From Squalus acanthias (taxonomy: Eukaryota), in NCBI GenBank assembly GCA_030390025.1, contig CM059432.1, positions 96,970,001 through 97,034,000 of the forward strand: DNA of 64,000 nucleotides. The letters run 5' to 3'. The position numbers and the translations under genes were made by a program. Of this stretch, positions 25,036-35,399 are shown in pieces (positions within the stretch are counted from its first letter, which is position 1; every line of letters begins with the position of its first letter). The notes under the pieces are model-generated. The model saw only the letters and a program-made list of their open reading frames with translations. It did not search any database and was not told where the DNA came from.

Positions 25036-26328
25036 TTTAAGAACATAAGAACATAAGAAATAGGAGCAGGAGTAGGCCAATCGGCCCCTCGAGCCTGCTC
25101 CGCCATTCAATAAGATCATGGCTGATCTGATCCTAACCGCCAATCTACTATCTATCACAGAACCATCTCCTGCATCTAACAGAATTGCACACACGAAATA
25201 GGAGCAGAATCAGGCTACACAGTCCCTGGGCCCGCTCCACTACCCACAGGGCCATGACCGATCCGAACCTAGACTCATGTCCAAATTCCTGCCTGCTCCC
25301 CGTAACCCTTAATGCCCTTTACTTCTAGGAAACTGTCTATTTCTGTTTTAAATTTAATTAATGTTGTAGCTTCTACAGCTTTTTGTGGCAGCATATTCCA
25401 TGGACCTACCACCCTCTGAGTGAAGTAGTTCCTCCTCATCTCAGTTTTGAAAGAGCAGCCCCTTATTCTAAGACTATGCCCCCTAGTTCTCGTCTCACCC
25501 GTCATCGGGAACATCCTCCCCGCATCCACCCGATCCAACCCCTTCACAATCTTATATGTTTCAATAAGATCGCCTCTCATTCTTCTGAACTCCAATGAGT
25601 AGAGTCCCAATCTACCCAACCTCTCCTCATATGACCACCCCCTCATCCCCGGGATTAACCGAATGAACCTTTTTTGCACTGCCTCGAGAGCAAGGATGTC
25701 TTTCCTTAAGTAAGGACACCAAAACTGTATGCAGTATTCCAGGTGCGGTCTCACCAATACCTTGTACAACTGAAGCAATACCTCCCTATTTTTATATTCT
25801 ATCCCCCTAGCAATGAAAGCCAACATTCCATTTGCCTTCTTAATCACTCGCTGCACCTGCATACTAACCTTTTGAGTTTCGTGCACCAGGACCCCCAGAT
25901 CCCTTTGCACTTCAGTACTCTCCAGTTTCTTGCCATTAAGATAATAAATTGCTCTAGGATTTTTCCTGCCAAAGTGCATCACCTCACACTTTCCAGTGTT
26001 GTATTCCATCTGCCAAATCTCTGCCCACTTACTTAGCCTGTCTATGTCCCCTTGCAGGTTTTTTATGTCCTCCTCATTCACTACTTTCCCTCCCATCTTT
26101 GTATCATCTGCAAATTTTGATATGTTACACTTGGTCCCTTCCTCCAAATCGTTAATATAGATTGTGAAGAGTTGGGGACCCAGCACTGACCCCTGTGGAA
26201 CACCACTAGTTACTGATTGCCAGTCTGAGAATGAACCATTTATCCCAACTCTTTGCTTTCTGTTAGATAGCCAATCCTCTATCCATGCCAGAATATTACC
26301 CCCAATTCCGTGATTTTTTACCTTAAGC
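25036..26328 (-). mobile_element. Very young 5'-truncated CR1 LINE, copy 1
   Basis: Uninterrupted ORF2 C-terminal frame (25275-26186, KFADD) and (TTCTTATG)n tail. ~99% identical to 46682-47978. Confidence 0.95.
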
Positions 26329-26372
26329 TTTTATCCGGACTTTTTAAAAAATGTTACAGAGAGCGAAATAAA

Positions 26373-27240
26373 GGGCTGGATTTTGCGGGGGGTCAGCGGG
26401 CATAATCGGTGGTGGGTCGGGTGGGAAAGTGGCTTTTATCCCCAGTGGGTCGGGACCCCTCTGTGAACCTGCCACCATGCGCCTTTACCAAATGTCGGGT
26501 CAGTCAGTGCCTACCCTTGTGTGTTGTTAGTTGGTATGATTGCACTAGGATGAGGGTGAATGTGAGGGATGAGGAAGTGATAATGTAGATAGGGATGGGT
26601 GGAGGTGCAAGGTAAGTTGGTGTGAGTAAGGATGTGCAGGAGTAGGGTAGGGAAGGCAGAGTGATGAGGATGTGATGAGAGGCACAGCAGGATGAGGTTG
26701 AGTGTGGCTTTGTACTAACATTTCGTGATCTACTGAGATCATTGAAATGTTTGCGGCACTGACCTCAGGTCCTCCTGACCACATCCCTGCTAGTGCCCTC
26801 CTCTGCAATGTGCAACCAGGCTGCATTGGTGTCCTGGGGAGGTCTTTTCCACCCATGGGAAGGGAAGAGGACCTCCCTGTGTGCTGTGACTCCCTCCATA
26901 AGCACATGGAGGGAGTCATGAGAGAGCCTGGGTGCAGCCCTGCACCTCTGTGCAGCGCTCGTCAGTGTTTGCAGCACCTCAATGCTGTAGAACACGGACA
27001 GCACAAATGTAAAAAAAAATTTGGCCATGGTCCCTTTAAGGAAACTGGCTGATGACGCATCATCAACTGACATCACCAGACCCGCTTACTTCAATTGGCC
27101 AGCAAATAGCGCTGGGCGGGCTTAACAAGCACAATCAAGGGAAATTCATTTCAGAGGCCGGGATGGAGCCAACAGCGGGGTCGGGACCCGCCACCGACGT
27201 CGCCCGCCATGGACCTGCTGAGGTTCGTAAAATCGCGACC
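26373..27240 (-). mobile_element. Short Harbinger derivative (family of 9581-11364) with Myb exon-1 remnant
   Basis: Reverse complement aligns to 9581-10330. ORF 26765-27076 contains PRLSHDSLHVLMEGVTAHREVLFPSHGWKRPPQDTNAAWLHIAEE. Confidence 0.8.
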
Positions 27241-28022
27241 AATGATTGGGACTTTCACATGGGGAATAAGGTAGAAGCTGAAATATCATGAACAAACTTT
27301 TTAAAAAATTACAAAATATTTAAGTTTAAAAAAAATTGTAATTTTTATCATAATGGAGACATTAACACTCCACAGATATAAAAATTAGTTTTTCAGGGCC
27401 AGAACGTTTCTTTAGCAGTCAATACAGTGTAACAACCCCAGTTACATTTATTCAAACAAGGCTTAACATTTAATGAGGTGTTATTAGCGGTGTCCTAGGG
27501 AGGTCTCTTCCGCCCATGGGAAGGGAAGAGGACCTCCCTGTGTGCTGCGACTCCCTCCATATTAACAGTGATATTAGTGTGGAAATGCCCACGTTTTCGT
27601 CAGTTCCACTGATTTCACTGATTACACTGATTGCTGGCTATGGGGGAGGGTCTACAGCACAGCCAGTGTCAGAGCAGAGACTGACTGACCACAAGAAACT
27701 TCAGGATTTCCACGTTTAGATGCGCATGCACTAAATCCTGAAGTTGCAGTCAGTTTCAGAGGGTTAATGATGGCGAACGCTGACAGTGTGCCGTCATTAC
27801 CCACCACAAAATCCGGGCCAAGGTTTTTACAGAATATAGTGACACAGTGCTGGGAACAGTGTGCATCTTGGAGTTCAAGATAATTTGGCAAGGGTCTCCG
27901 GAGTTATCATTTGTCCTGTCTATGTAGAAAGGGATCTTGCTGGGTTGGGTGATTGCCATATGTGAGCCTTTGTTCTTAAGTTGTTCTTATTTCAGGGATC
28001 TATTCTGAGTTGGCCCATTCTT

Positions 28023-28261
28023 GTACAAAAGCAAAATACTGCGGATGCTGGAAATCTGAAATAAAAACAGAAAATGCTGGAAATACTCAGCAGGTCAGGC
28101 AGCATCTGTGGAGAGAGAAACAGAGTTAACGTTTCAGGTCGATGACCCTTTGTCAGTTTCAGGTCGACGAAGGGTCATTGACCTGAAACGTTAACTCTGT
28201 TTCTCTCTCCACAGATGCTGCCTGACCTGCTGAGTATTTCCAGCATTTTCTGTTTTTATTA
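28023..28261. mobile_element. Penelope-like element terminal fragment with inverted pseudo-LTR (long hairpin)
   Basis: 91-bp inverted arms 28060-28150 / 28170-28260 with one mismatch. Flanked by a 12-bp direct repeat TGGCCCATTCTT (28011-28022 / 28262-28273). Decayed hammerhead-like GA-agggtc..gacc-TGAAAC motif. Confidence 0.75.
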
Positions 28262-29796
28262 TGGCCCATTCTTATGTTGTTTTGCGATGATCTAGAAATA
28301 TCCAGGGGGCATGGATTATATAAGCTATCAGGAATGGTCTCCCAACTCTGGACTGAGTCTACACATTATCCGTTCTGTCTACCATGTGTTCCTTAGAAGT
28401 TTCATCCACATGTTTGTTGTGTGGAAGGTGGAAATATATCTATTTGCAGCAAACAGTGGTGGTTGTGCCAGCCTGTGTCGTACAAAGGATGCTCTCTCCA
28501 ATTGATAGGGCAAGCATGCACAAGCCAGAACTGTGAGTCCCATCATGTTCTCTGTGGCCTCCCAAACTGCTATCTAAAGTGCTTGCTGGCATGGCTATTA
28601 GATAATTGGATAATGGAAAATACTGGTTAATTGTGCTTCAGGGGTAGCAAGGGGCAAAAGTCAAGTGTCTAGGTCTGCACTCTGAATAGTCCAGCAGTCT
28701 GTAGGAAGAGGTGGTAGGCTTTGATGCATTGAGCATTGGCTGGGGGGGAGTGGGGGAGTGGGAGGTGCTTTGCGCTAAGTTTCTTTTTTGTCTCTGGGGA
28801 TAGAAATTGCTGTTGCTAGGGCATCATTTTAGCTCCTGTCCTCCTTGAGCCTGGGAGGGAGAAGGACATGGTCAGATTCTACATGTTTCTATGTAGTACC
28901 AGGTCAGCAGTTCCATTTGGTGAAATGTTGGTGGGACTGTTTCCAGCATCCTGCGATACGAGTGCATTTTAGAATTAGAACGTTCCATTTTACTGGAGAA
29001 CTCATAGGCTAGGTTTGTGCGGAAGCATAAAAAGGAATTATGGTGGGTGAGCAATAGGCAGCGTGGGCTCTTCAACCAGTGCTCCGGTGTTTTGGATGGA
29101 AATCGCAGGACTGATTCAAGCAGTTGAGTGAAAGATCAGCAGGGATTTCACATTTGGCAATGCTGTTCACGAAGGCTGTAGCATGATTCATTATGTGGGC
29201 AGCTTGAGACCTTGTGATCAGCTTGTCCAGGAGTAGGCCTTTCAAGCCAAGACATGGTGATGGGGATACAGTGGGGGCGATTTTCTGACGTCCGAGGAGG
29301 CAGGTTTGGAGGCGGGAAAGGCGGGAAAATCGGAAAAAATGAGTGCGGGTTCGGAACCCGCCTCCGCGGGATTTTGCCAGTGCCGGTTTTGCAGGACGGG
29401 AAATGGTCCGGCCTCCAGCTGGCCAGAGCGCTTGTTAAGAGGCTTAAATGCTCGTTAAGGGCCTCTCTAAGACTATTTTGAGAGGCCCTCGTGATTTTTC
29501 GACCATTTCGGCGTGTTCCACGACCCTCCTAAACCATGCCAGCTAAACCTGGCGGGTTGACAAGTGGGTGGCCTCCTCACAGCTACAGCTCCAACATTAA
29601 ATCGTTTATTTCATCAGGGATTAGTTGCAGGTGGCAGAACTTTGCTTCAAAAAGCCTTTGAGCACTTTTAGAAGGCCTTCCAAAGTCGGAGGTGCTGCAG
29701 CTTGAATCTATCAACTGTGGGACCTCCTTGGAAGACGCTCTCCCTGCTTGCAATGAGCGCTTCTCCAACGGAGGCATCTGCAAGCAGCATGGGAAC

Positions 29797-30317
29797 TGTT
29801 GTAGGGGCTAATCGGAGCCTTAAGCGGACCAACCGTGAAGGAGAGTCGACGCGTTACCCGACTAAGCCCGACTGAGCAATAAAACTCAAACACCAATTTA
29901 CACGGTTAAATGCGGGAGTACACTTTATTGCAGAGCGCTCTGGGAGAGCAGTGATGCACCCGCGTGCAGTCACTGACCTCTCAGATAAGTCACTCCGGGG
30001 CACAGTATTTTATACATCCATCATTGATCACATCGTGCTCACATGAGCGCGTGATAGTTATTAGAATCCAATCAATTTTATGTATACAATTGTTAAGCAT
30101 GGTAAATAAATTCAATTAACGTCAGGGTACAGTTGATGTGATCAGCCTCGTCTATGTGACTGTGTTATCTCGAGCCCTGTATGTTGTAATGTTGTCTGAC
30201 AAGGCAGACTGCCAACCCATTGCAGCATGTTAAAGTCCTGTGTCAGCGAATTTAAAGTTCATTAACTGGATGAGTTTTTCTTCTCCGACATTTCTTTAAT
30301 AATTTTCTTCTCCAACA
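29797..30317 (-). repeat. ERV 3' LTR
   Basis: Direct repeat of 34879-35399 with about 8 substitutions by eye; TG...CA termini. Confidence 0.97.
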
Positions 30318-30326
30318 CTCCCTTCT
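30318..30326 (-). promoter_or_regulatory. Polypurine tract
   Basis: AGAAGGGAG immediately upstream of the 3' LTR on the minus strand. Confidence 0.7.
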
Positions 30327-30395
30327 GTTGGTCCGGGGGCACGACCTTCTTGCCCCCAGGAAACCACTGCTCCGTGCCTCTTCACGGGGTCGACA

Positions 30396-31787
30396 CTACA
30401 GCCACTGGCTCATCTCTTGAGGGCTGGCTACCCCGGCGACGGTGTCATGCGTTTCCTCCCTGGGCTGGAGATCGGTGTATCCTTCCTTTTCTTCGTCTTC
30501 GAGCAACGGCTCCTCTTCCCGTACGGCGCTGACTGACATTAGCTGGGTTGTGGCAATCTTACAACATGTCTTTAACAAGGTTATCAAGCAACATACAGCA
30601 ACACATATCATCACTATCACAACCATTACGTGCATAATCCAGGGGCCCCATTCTGTTAGCCCCAACCATTCTAGCCATGACTGTGTCGGTTCCCGGTGTA
30701 ATTTCTTAATCTCTTCCTTCATGTGGTTTACCAAGTTGGTGATGTTTTCCGAACTATCAGGGATGTAAGTACGACACTCTTGCCCGATCACCGCGCAAGT
30801 GCCCGTAGTCCAGTGCCATCCTGTTTTGCATGGCCACTGTCCTGAGGGCTACCATTTCTGCGCTTATTTCTGCAAGGGCTTCTGTGGTGTCGTTGGCTAC
30901 CTTCTCGAGAATTTGGGCATTGTTAATGATTTCCCGTGCTAATTTACCCACCCCCCAGTGGGGGAAGGCGACGGCGAAGAATCGCTCAGTCTCCGTAATT
31001 CCTCGCCTGGTTCGATAACAATGGTGCTCCATGAGGGATTTGAGATGGTATACATAAGGCATGACGTATCCCAGGTAACATCACCCGGTCCAATCTCTGG
31101 GCAGCCATGGGTACGCTTTGTGCCCGCATATAAAATATGTTCCATTGTAGGCCGTCATATCCATGTTTGCCCGAAAGATAGTGAAACCCATCTGACTATC
31201 TGTGGCCCGTCGGGTCCCATTCCACGGTTGGTTACTCGTTAAGTTTAGCAGACCAGTGTTATTAAACCACCAGCTTTCAAATGCCGTGTTCCCCTCCTCA
31301 TATGTCACAAAGGTTTGGGTGCAATTACTATTTCCTGCCTCTAGGTTCACCTTCACCCCTCTACTTACACTCCTTGTCCAACATATTTCCCGACGGGTCT
31401 TCCGACCCCGGTTGTGTTTGTTAGGGCGAAGAAGGGTGGATCTTTACTAGAGTTGTACTTGGGTTTGTAACATCCCTTAAATCGTTCCAATGGGTACCCT
31501 CCACCTCGGAACTCCTCCCTCGTGACGTCATGATAGCTGTTCTGGTCATTAAGCGCAAATTCTGCTAGTTCCGTGAGATTCAGGGGTACGGGCCGTAGTG
31601 GTATCCCACCCTTACTATGGATCGGAATATGGCTACACACCCAACAGCTACTTTGCCCTGTCTCCTTTACGTATTCATACGACATATATACAAAGGTATT
31701 CACCTGGAGCTCTCTTCGCTTACGGGAGCCCCTTTCCATTCCCGAAACAATGCATGTTAACGCTATTAAACACAGTGGTATCCCCAT
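30396..31787 (-). pseudogene. env: ERV envelope (gamma-type), disrupted
   Basis: Signal peptide MGIPLCLIALTCIVSG, CWVC (CXXC) in SU, furin site RTRR, heptad repeat plus ISD QNRMALDY, CAVIGQECR (CX6CC mutated), and TM IMHVMVVIVMICVAVCCLITLL. At least one stop (31081) and two frameshifts. Confidence 0.92.
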
Positions 31788-31982
31788 TTTTACTTGGAAG
31801 CAGGCACTGTCTATCACCGCGTCGTTGCCGCTTCTGGTAGCACTCTTGTATTAACATACAAACATAAAAACACAGTAGTACACCAAATGCAATAAGCTAA
31901 AGCACGAATGCAAACAGATAAGGTAAATGGACATTTACGTGTCGCTTGATCTGTAGGTAAAAGAAACACAAAGAAGCGCCCA

Positions 31983-34211
31983 TTAGTTCATCTTTTCTCC
32001 ATACATTTTTAATTGTGTCCAATGTTTCCAGACTCCCTTCCCCCTTATGTCCAGACAGGCACAGGTATCACCACTAATTATAATTTCGTAGGGTCCGCTC
32101 CATTTTGGGGCGAAGCCTGGCTTGTCAGGCAGGACCTTCAGCATCACTTTGCTGCCCGCTGACGGCACGGAGGGTGTCATGACCCCCTCCTGTGCCTGAT
32201 CCTGAAGTTCCTGATTGTCTCGTACGGCTTGGCGCATCCCCTTCAGTTGGGTGCTAAGCTCTAAGACATAACGCCGTAGTCTGTCCTTTAAGGGGCCCAC
32301 ATCAGCCCCTGTTATGATGCCTTCTGGTAATTGCATCGCCCTTCCTGTTATTAGTTCATAAGGGGTCAGGCCTGTCGTACGATTCGTGGTGGCTCGTAAA
32401 TTCATTAGGATAAGGGGTAAAACCTCAACCCATGTTTTCCCAGATTCCTGTATTGCTTTTGCTAAAGCGTTTTTGAGTGTTCGATTCATTCTTTCAACCA
32501 TTCCCGAGCTCTGGGGGTGGTAAGGGATATGGAACTTCTGTTTAATCCCCATCAGCTGACAAATATTCTTTACTACACTCCCTGTAAAGTGCGTTCCTTG
32601 GTCAGAGTCGATTTGCAAGGGCACTCCCCACCGCGGGATTACTTCCTCGGCCAGGATTCTGGCTACCGTTAAGGCCGTGCAATTCCGCGTTGGGAAAGCT
32701 TCTACCCACCTTGTGAACTGGTCAATTATCACAAGGCAGTATATTTTTCCGTGGGACTGGGGAAGTGGTCCCGTAAAATCAATTTGTATGTGCTCCCAAG
32801 GACCTCGGGGTCTTGGCTGGTGGCCCATTCTAATTTTAATAGGCCGGCCAGGATTATGCTGAGCACTAGTGATACATCGCTGACAGTGCCTCGCGATGTC
32901 TCTTCCCATCCCCTTCCACCACCAATCCTTACTTATTAAGGAGCTCATTGCCTCTCTCCCTGTATGTGAAATACCGTGATGTATCTCTAGCAGAGTCTGT
33001 TGTATACACTCCGGTGCTACTACTTTACCTTCTTTTCGCCAGACTCGATCGGATCCTACTCCAGCTCCATTTCTTACCCATGTTTCCTTTTCCGTGTCCG
33101 ATGCTTCGTCTTGGACTTCCCAGATCTTTATTTCATTCTCCGGGCTGTCTATGCTGCCCACCGGTACTTCGTTTATCTCCTCCTGTTCTAGAGCTGCCTG
33201 TGCTGCCCAATCAGCCGCCTGGTTCCCCTGGTGGCTGTCCCAGTCTGGGCTTGTCTTGTCTGGTTCTTTCTGATGGGCCTTAATTTTGATAACTGCCACC
33301 TGTTTAGGTCTTTTGCTTGCTTCTAGCAAGGCCTCTATTCGTCCCTGATGTTTGATGGGGTTACCTCCTGTGGTTATATACCCTCTATGTCCCCATGCTG
33401 TCATTACTATCTTCAGGGCCTTATTATGACCTGGAACTTTGTCCGAGGCTATCAGGAGATCGTCAACGTACTGGAGGACCGTGCTCCCTGGTGGGAACTC
33501 TACACCCTTTAAAATATTACTCATTACCTGATGGAAGATCGCGGGGCTATTATGGAATCCTTGTGGCAGGCAGGTCCAGGTGTACTGTCTGTCTCCTACT
33601 GTGAACGCAAATTTCTCCTGAGACTCTGGATCCAATGGGAGAGCCCAGAATCCGTTGGCTATGTCCAACACTGTGAATATCTTGTGTTCGGGAGCCAGTC
33701 CGTTCAAAATTGTGGACGGGCTGGCGACTATGGGGTGAAGCTTGGGCGTCACTTTATTCAAGGCCGTATAGTCAATTGTCAGCCTGTAACTCCCATCTGG
33801 CTTTTTAACTGGCCACGCAGGGGAATTGGTTGTGCTCGTGGTTTCCCGAAGGACACCTCTTTCTACCAATCCCTTTACTATGTCTTCGACAGCTTTCTTT
33901 GCTTCTGGTTTAATGGGATATTGTCGGTGGGGTTTGTGTTCGGGTCCTGGGACGACAATGGGGTCATTCTTAACCATTCCTGTGTCTAACTTATCTTTTG
34001 CCCACACTCCTTGTACCGAGGCACACATGTCCCCGTACCCATTGGTTTCCACTTGCCAGTCCCGGCTTACCGCTGTAGCCACTCCCACTTTGGTGGTATT
34101 ATTGGTCAGACAGTGCATACTAGTTTTATGCCCGTTCAAGTTTGGCCAAGTTATTTTCTTCTTACCACAATCACTTAATACCTGGTATTCTTTCATTAAG
34201 TCATTTCCCAT
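31983..34211 (-). CDS. pol: ERV pol ORF (742 aa): protease tail, RT N-half, RNase H C-half and integrase, with an in-frame internal deletion
   Basis: LDIANGFW, LPQGFHNSP, YVDD; WGHRG...PIKH...KAH...GNQAAD (RNase H); H..H..C..S zinc finger; IDF / SDQG / VERMN with D-35-E spacing. Confidence 0.9.
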   Translation of the reverse strand: MGNDLMKEYQVLSDCGKKKITWPNLNGHKTSMHCLTNNTTKVGVATAVSRDWQVETNGYGDMCASVQGVWAKDKLDTGMVKNDPIVVPGPEHKPHRQYPIKPEAKKAVEDIVKGLVERGVLRETTSTTNSPAWPVKKPDGSYRLTIDYTALNKVTPKLHPIVASPSTILNGLAPEHKIFTVLDIANGFWALPLDPESQEKFAFTVGDRQYTWTCLPQGFHNSPAIFHQVMSNILKGVEFPPGSTVLQYVDDLLIASDKVPGHNKALKIVMTAWGHRGYITTGGNPIKHQGRIEALLEASKRPKQVAVIKIKAHQKEPDKTSPDWDSHQGNQAADWAAQAALEQEEINEVPVGSIDSPENEIKIWEVQDEASDTEKETWVRNGAGVGSDRVWRKEGKVVAPECIQQTLLEIHHGISHTGREAMSSLISKDWWWKGMGRDIARHCQRCITSAQHNPGRPIKIRMGHQPRPRGPWEHIQIDFTGPLPQSHGKIYCLVIIDQFTRWVEAFPTRNCTALTVARILAEEVIPRWGVPLQIDSDQGTHFTGSVVKNICQLMGIKQKFHIPYHPQSSGMVERMNRTLKNALAKAIQESGKTWVEVLPLILMNLRATTNRTTGLTPYELITGRAMQLPEGIITGADVGPLKDRLRRYVLELSTQLKGMRQAVRDNQELQDQAQEGVMTPSVPSAGSKVMLKVLPDKPGFAPKWSGPYEIIISGDTCACLDIRGKGVWKHWTQLKMYGEKMN

Positions 34212-34241
34212 TATTGTTCCCTCATTATTCTTACCTTCTTT

Positions 34242-34514
34242 TTAAAAATCTGCTATTTCTCTGTTTTTGGCCTTATCAGTCTCTCGGACCTTATCTACTT
34301 GCTCGATTAGTCCCGCCAATTGGTGTACCAAAAGAACTCCCGTTTTCTTGGTTTTCTCCCTTTTTTGCTTACGTACCCACTCTCGTTGTGACTCTAATGA
34401 CTGGCTAACATCCCAGCCATCTTTCTGCATTCTGTCTATCAGCGAACGTCTATCTGTCATGTAACTATTAATAAGGGACCCCGGGGGCCCCATCTTAACG
34501 TCCTTACCTGACAT
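34242..34514 (-). pseudogene. gag: Truncated gag N-terminus (90 aa)
   Basis: First substantial ATG-initiated ORF after the PBS/leader and upstream of pol. No capsid or zinc knuckle remains; assignment is positional. Confidence 0.6.
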
Positions 34515-34858
34515 CGCCCGTCCGCTCTCCGATCACACTCTCCAGTAAACACTCACCGCCTCTCTTCACTCTCCCGTCCTTCTGGACTCGCAAACTCGTT
34601 TACCGACGTGTCTAGTTGCCTGGAGTTCCGGATCTCGCAAGCACCGCCCGCAGACTTTATCACAGGTTTTACTCTGTACCTTTAACCTACGGCCCCAAAA
34701 TTTGACATTGTAATGCAGAATACTCACAACGATTCCCCCTCTGCCTTCCGAGAATACCCGGACCAAAAACCCCTATAAAGTGTACTCTCGCAAATCCCCT
34801 CAGATTCTTTCGGTTACTCGAGCCCGTTAACACTTGTTCAGGGTGTCGGTACTCAGTA

Positions 34859-34876
34859 ACCCTGCTCGCAGCGCCA
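34859..34876 (-). promoter_or_regulatory. Primer binding site, tRNA-Ser-like
   Basis: TGGCGCTGCGAGCAGGGT starts 2 nt after the 5' LTR. Its complement ACCCTGCTCGCAGCGCCA resembles the 3' end of vertebrate tRNA-Ser(TGA/CGA), recalled rather than searched. Confidence 0.8.
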
Positions 34877-34878
34877 AT

Positions 34879-35399
34879 TGTTGTAGGGACTAATCGGAGC
34901 CTTAAGCGGACCAACCGTGAAGGAGAGTCGACGCGTTACCCGACTTAGCCCGACTGAGCAATAAAACTCAAACACCAATTTACACGGTTAAATGCGGGAG
35001 TACACTTTATTGCAGAGCGCTCTGGGAGAGCAGTGATGCACCCGCGTGCAGTCACCGACCTCTCAGATAAGTCACTCCGGGGCACAGTATTTTATACATC
35101 CATCATTGATCACATCGTGCTCACATGAGCGTGTGCTAGTTATTAGAATCCAATCAATATTATGTATACAATTGTTAAGCATGGTAAATAAATTCAATTA
35201 ACGTCAGGGTACAGTTGATGTGATCAGCCTCGTCTATGTGACAGTGTTATCTCGAGCCCTGTATGTTGTAACGTTGTCTGACAAGGCAGACTGCCAACCC
35301 ATTGCAGCATGTTAAAGTCCTGTGTCAGCGAATTTAAAGTTCATTAACTGGATGAGTTTTTCTTCTCCGACATTTCTTTAATAATTTTCTTCTCCAACA
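34879..35399 (-). repeat. ERV 5' LTR
   Basis: TG...CA termini; minus-strand TATAAAA at 35090-35096 and AATAAA at 35006-35011. Confidence 0.97.

Larger units (their letters stand above)
24803..27819. mobile_element. Older Harbinger-type MITE (family of 1070-2730, opposite orientation) hosting two nested insertions
   Basis: Left end taatttgcggtcagc...gctcgctgctggc matches the reverse complement of 2640-2730. Right TIR CAAAATCCGGGCC. Confidence 0.7.
29797..35399 (-). mobile_element. Endogenous retrovirus provirus, internally deleted (5603 bp)
   Basis: Two 521-bp LTRs (TG...CA), 5-bp TSD GGAAC (29792-29796 / 35400-35404), PBS, PPT, and gag-pol-env remnants in order. Confidence 0.97.

Noticed and set aside
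25036..26328. Segmental duplication or mis-assembly explaining the near-identical CR1 and MITE pairs
   Set aside because: Flanks, TSDs and truncation points differ between copies, which indicates independent insertions.
28560..29260. Possible very old LINE remnant (also ~3600-4700 and ~49860-50220)
   Set aside because: No diagnostic motif could be read with confidence.
34236..34250. Programmed readthrough or frameshift at the TAA between the gag stub and pol
   Set aside because: It lies beside a large deletion; there is no in-frame X XXY YYZ heptamer or TAG readthrough context, so a mutation is more likely.
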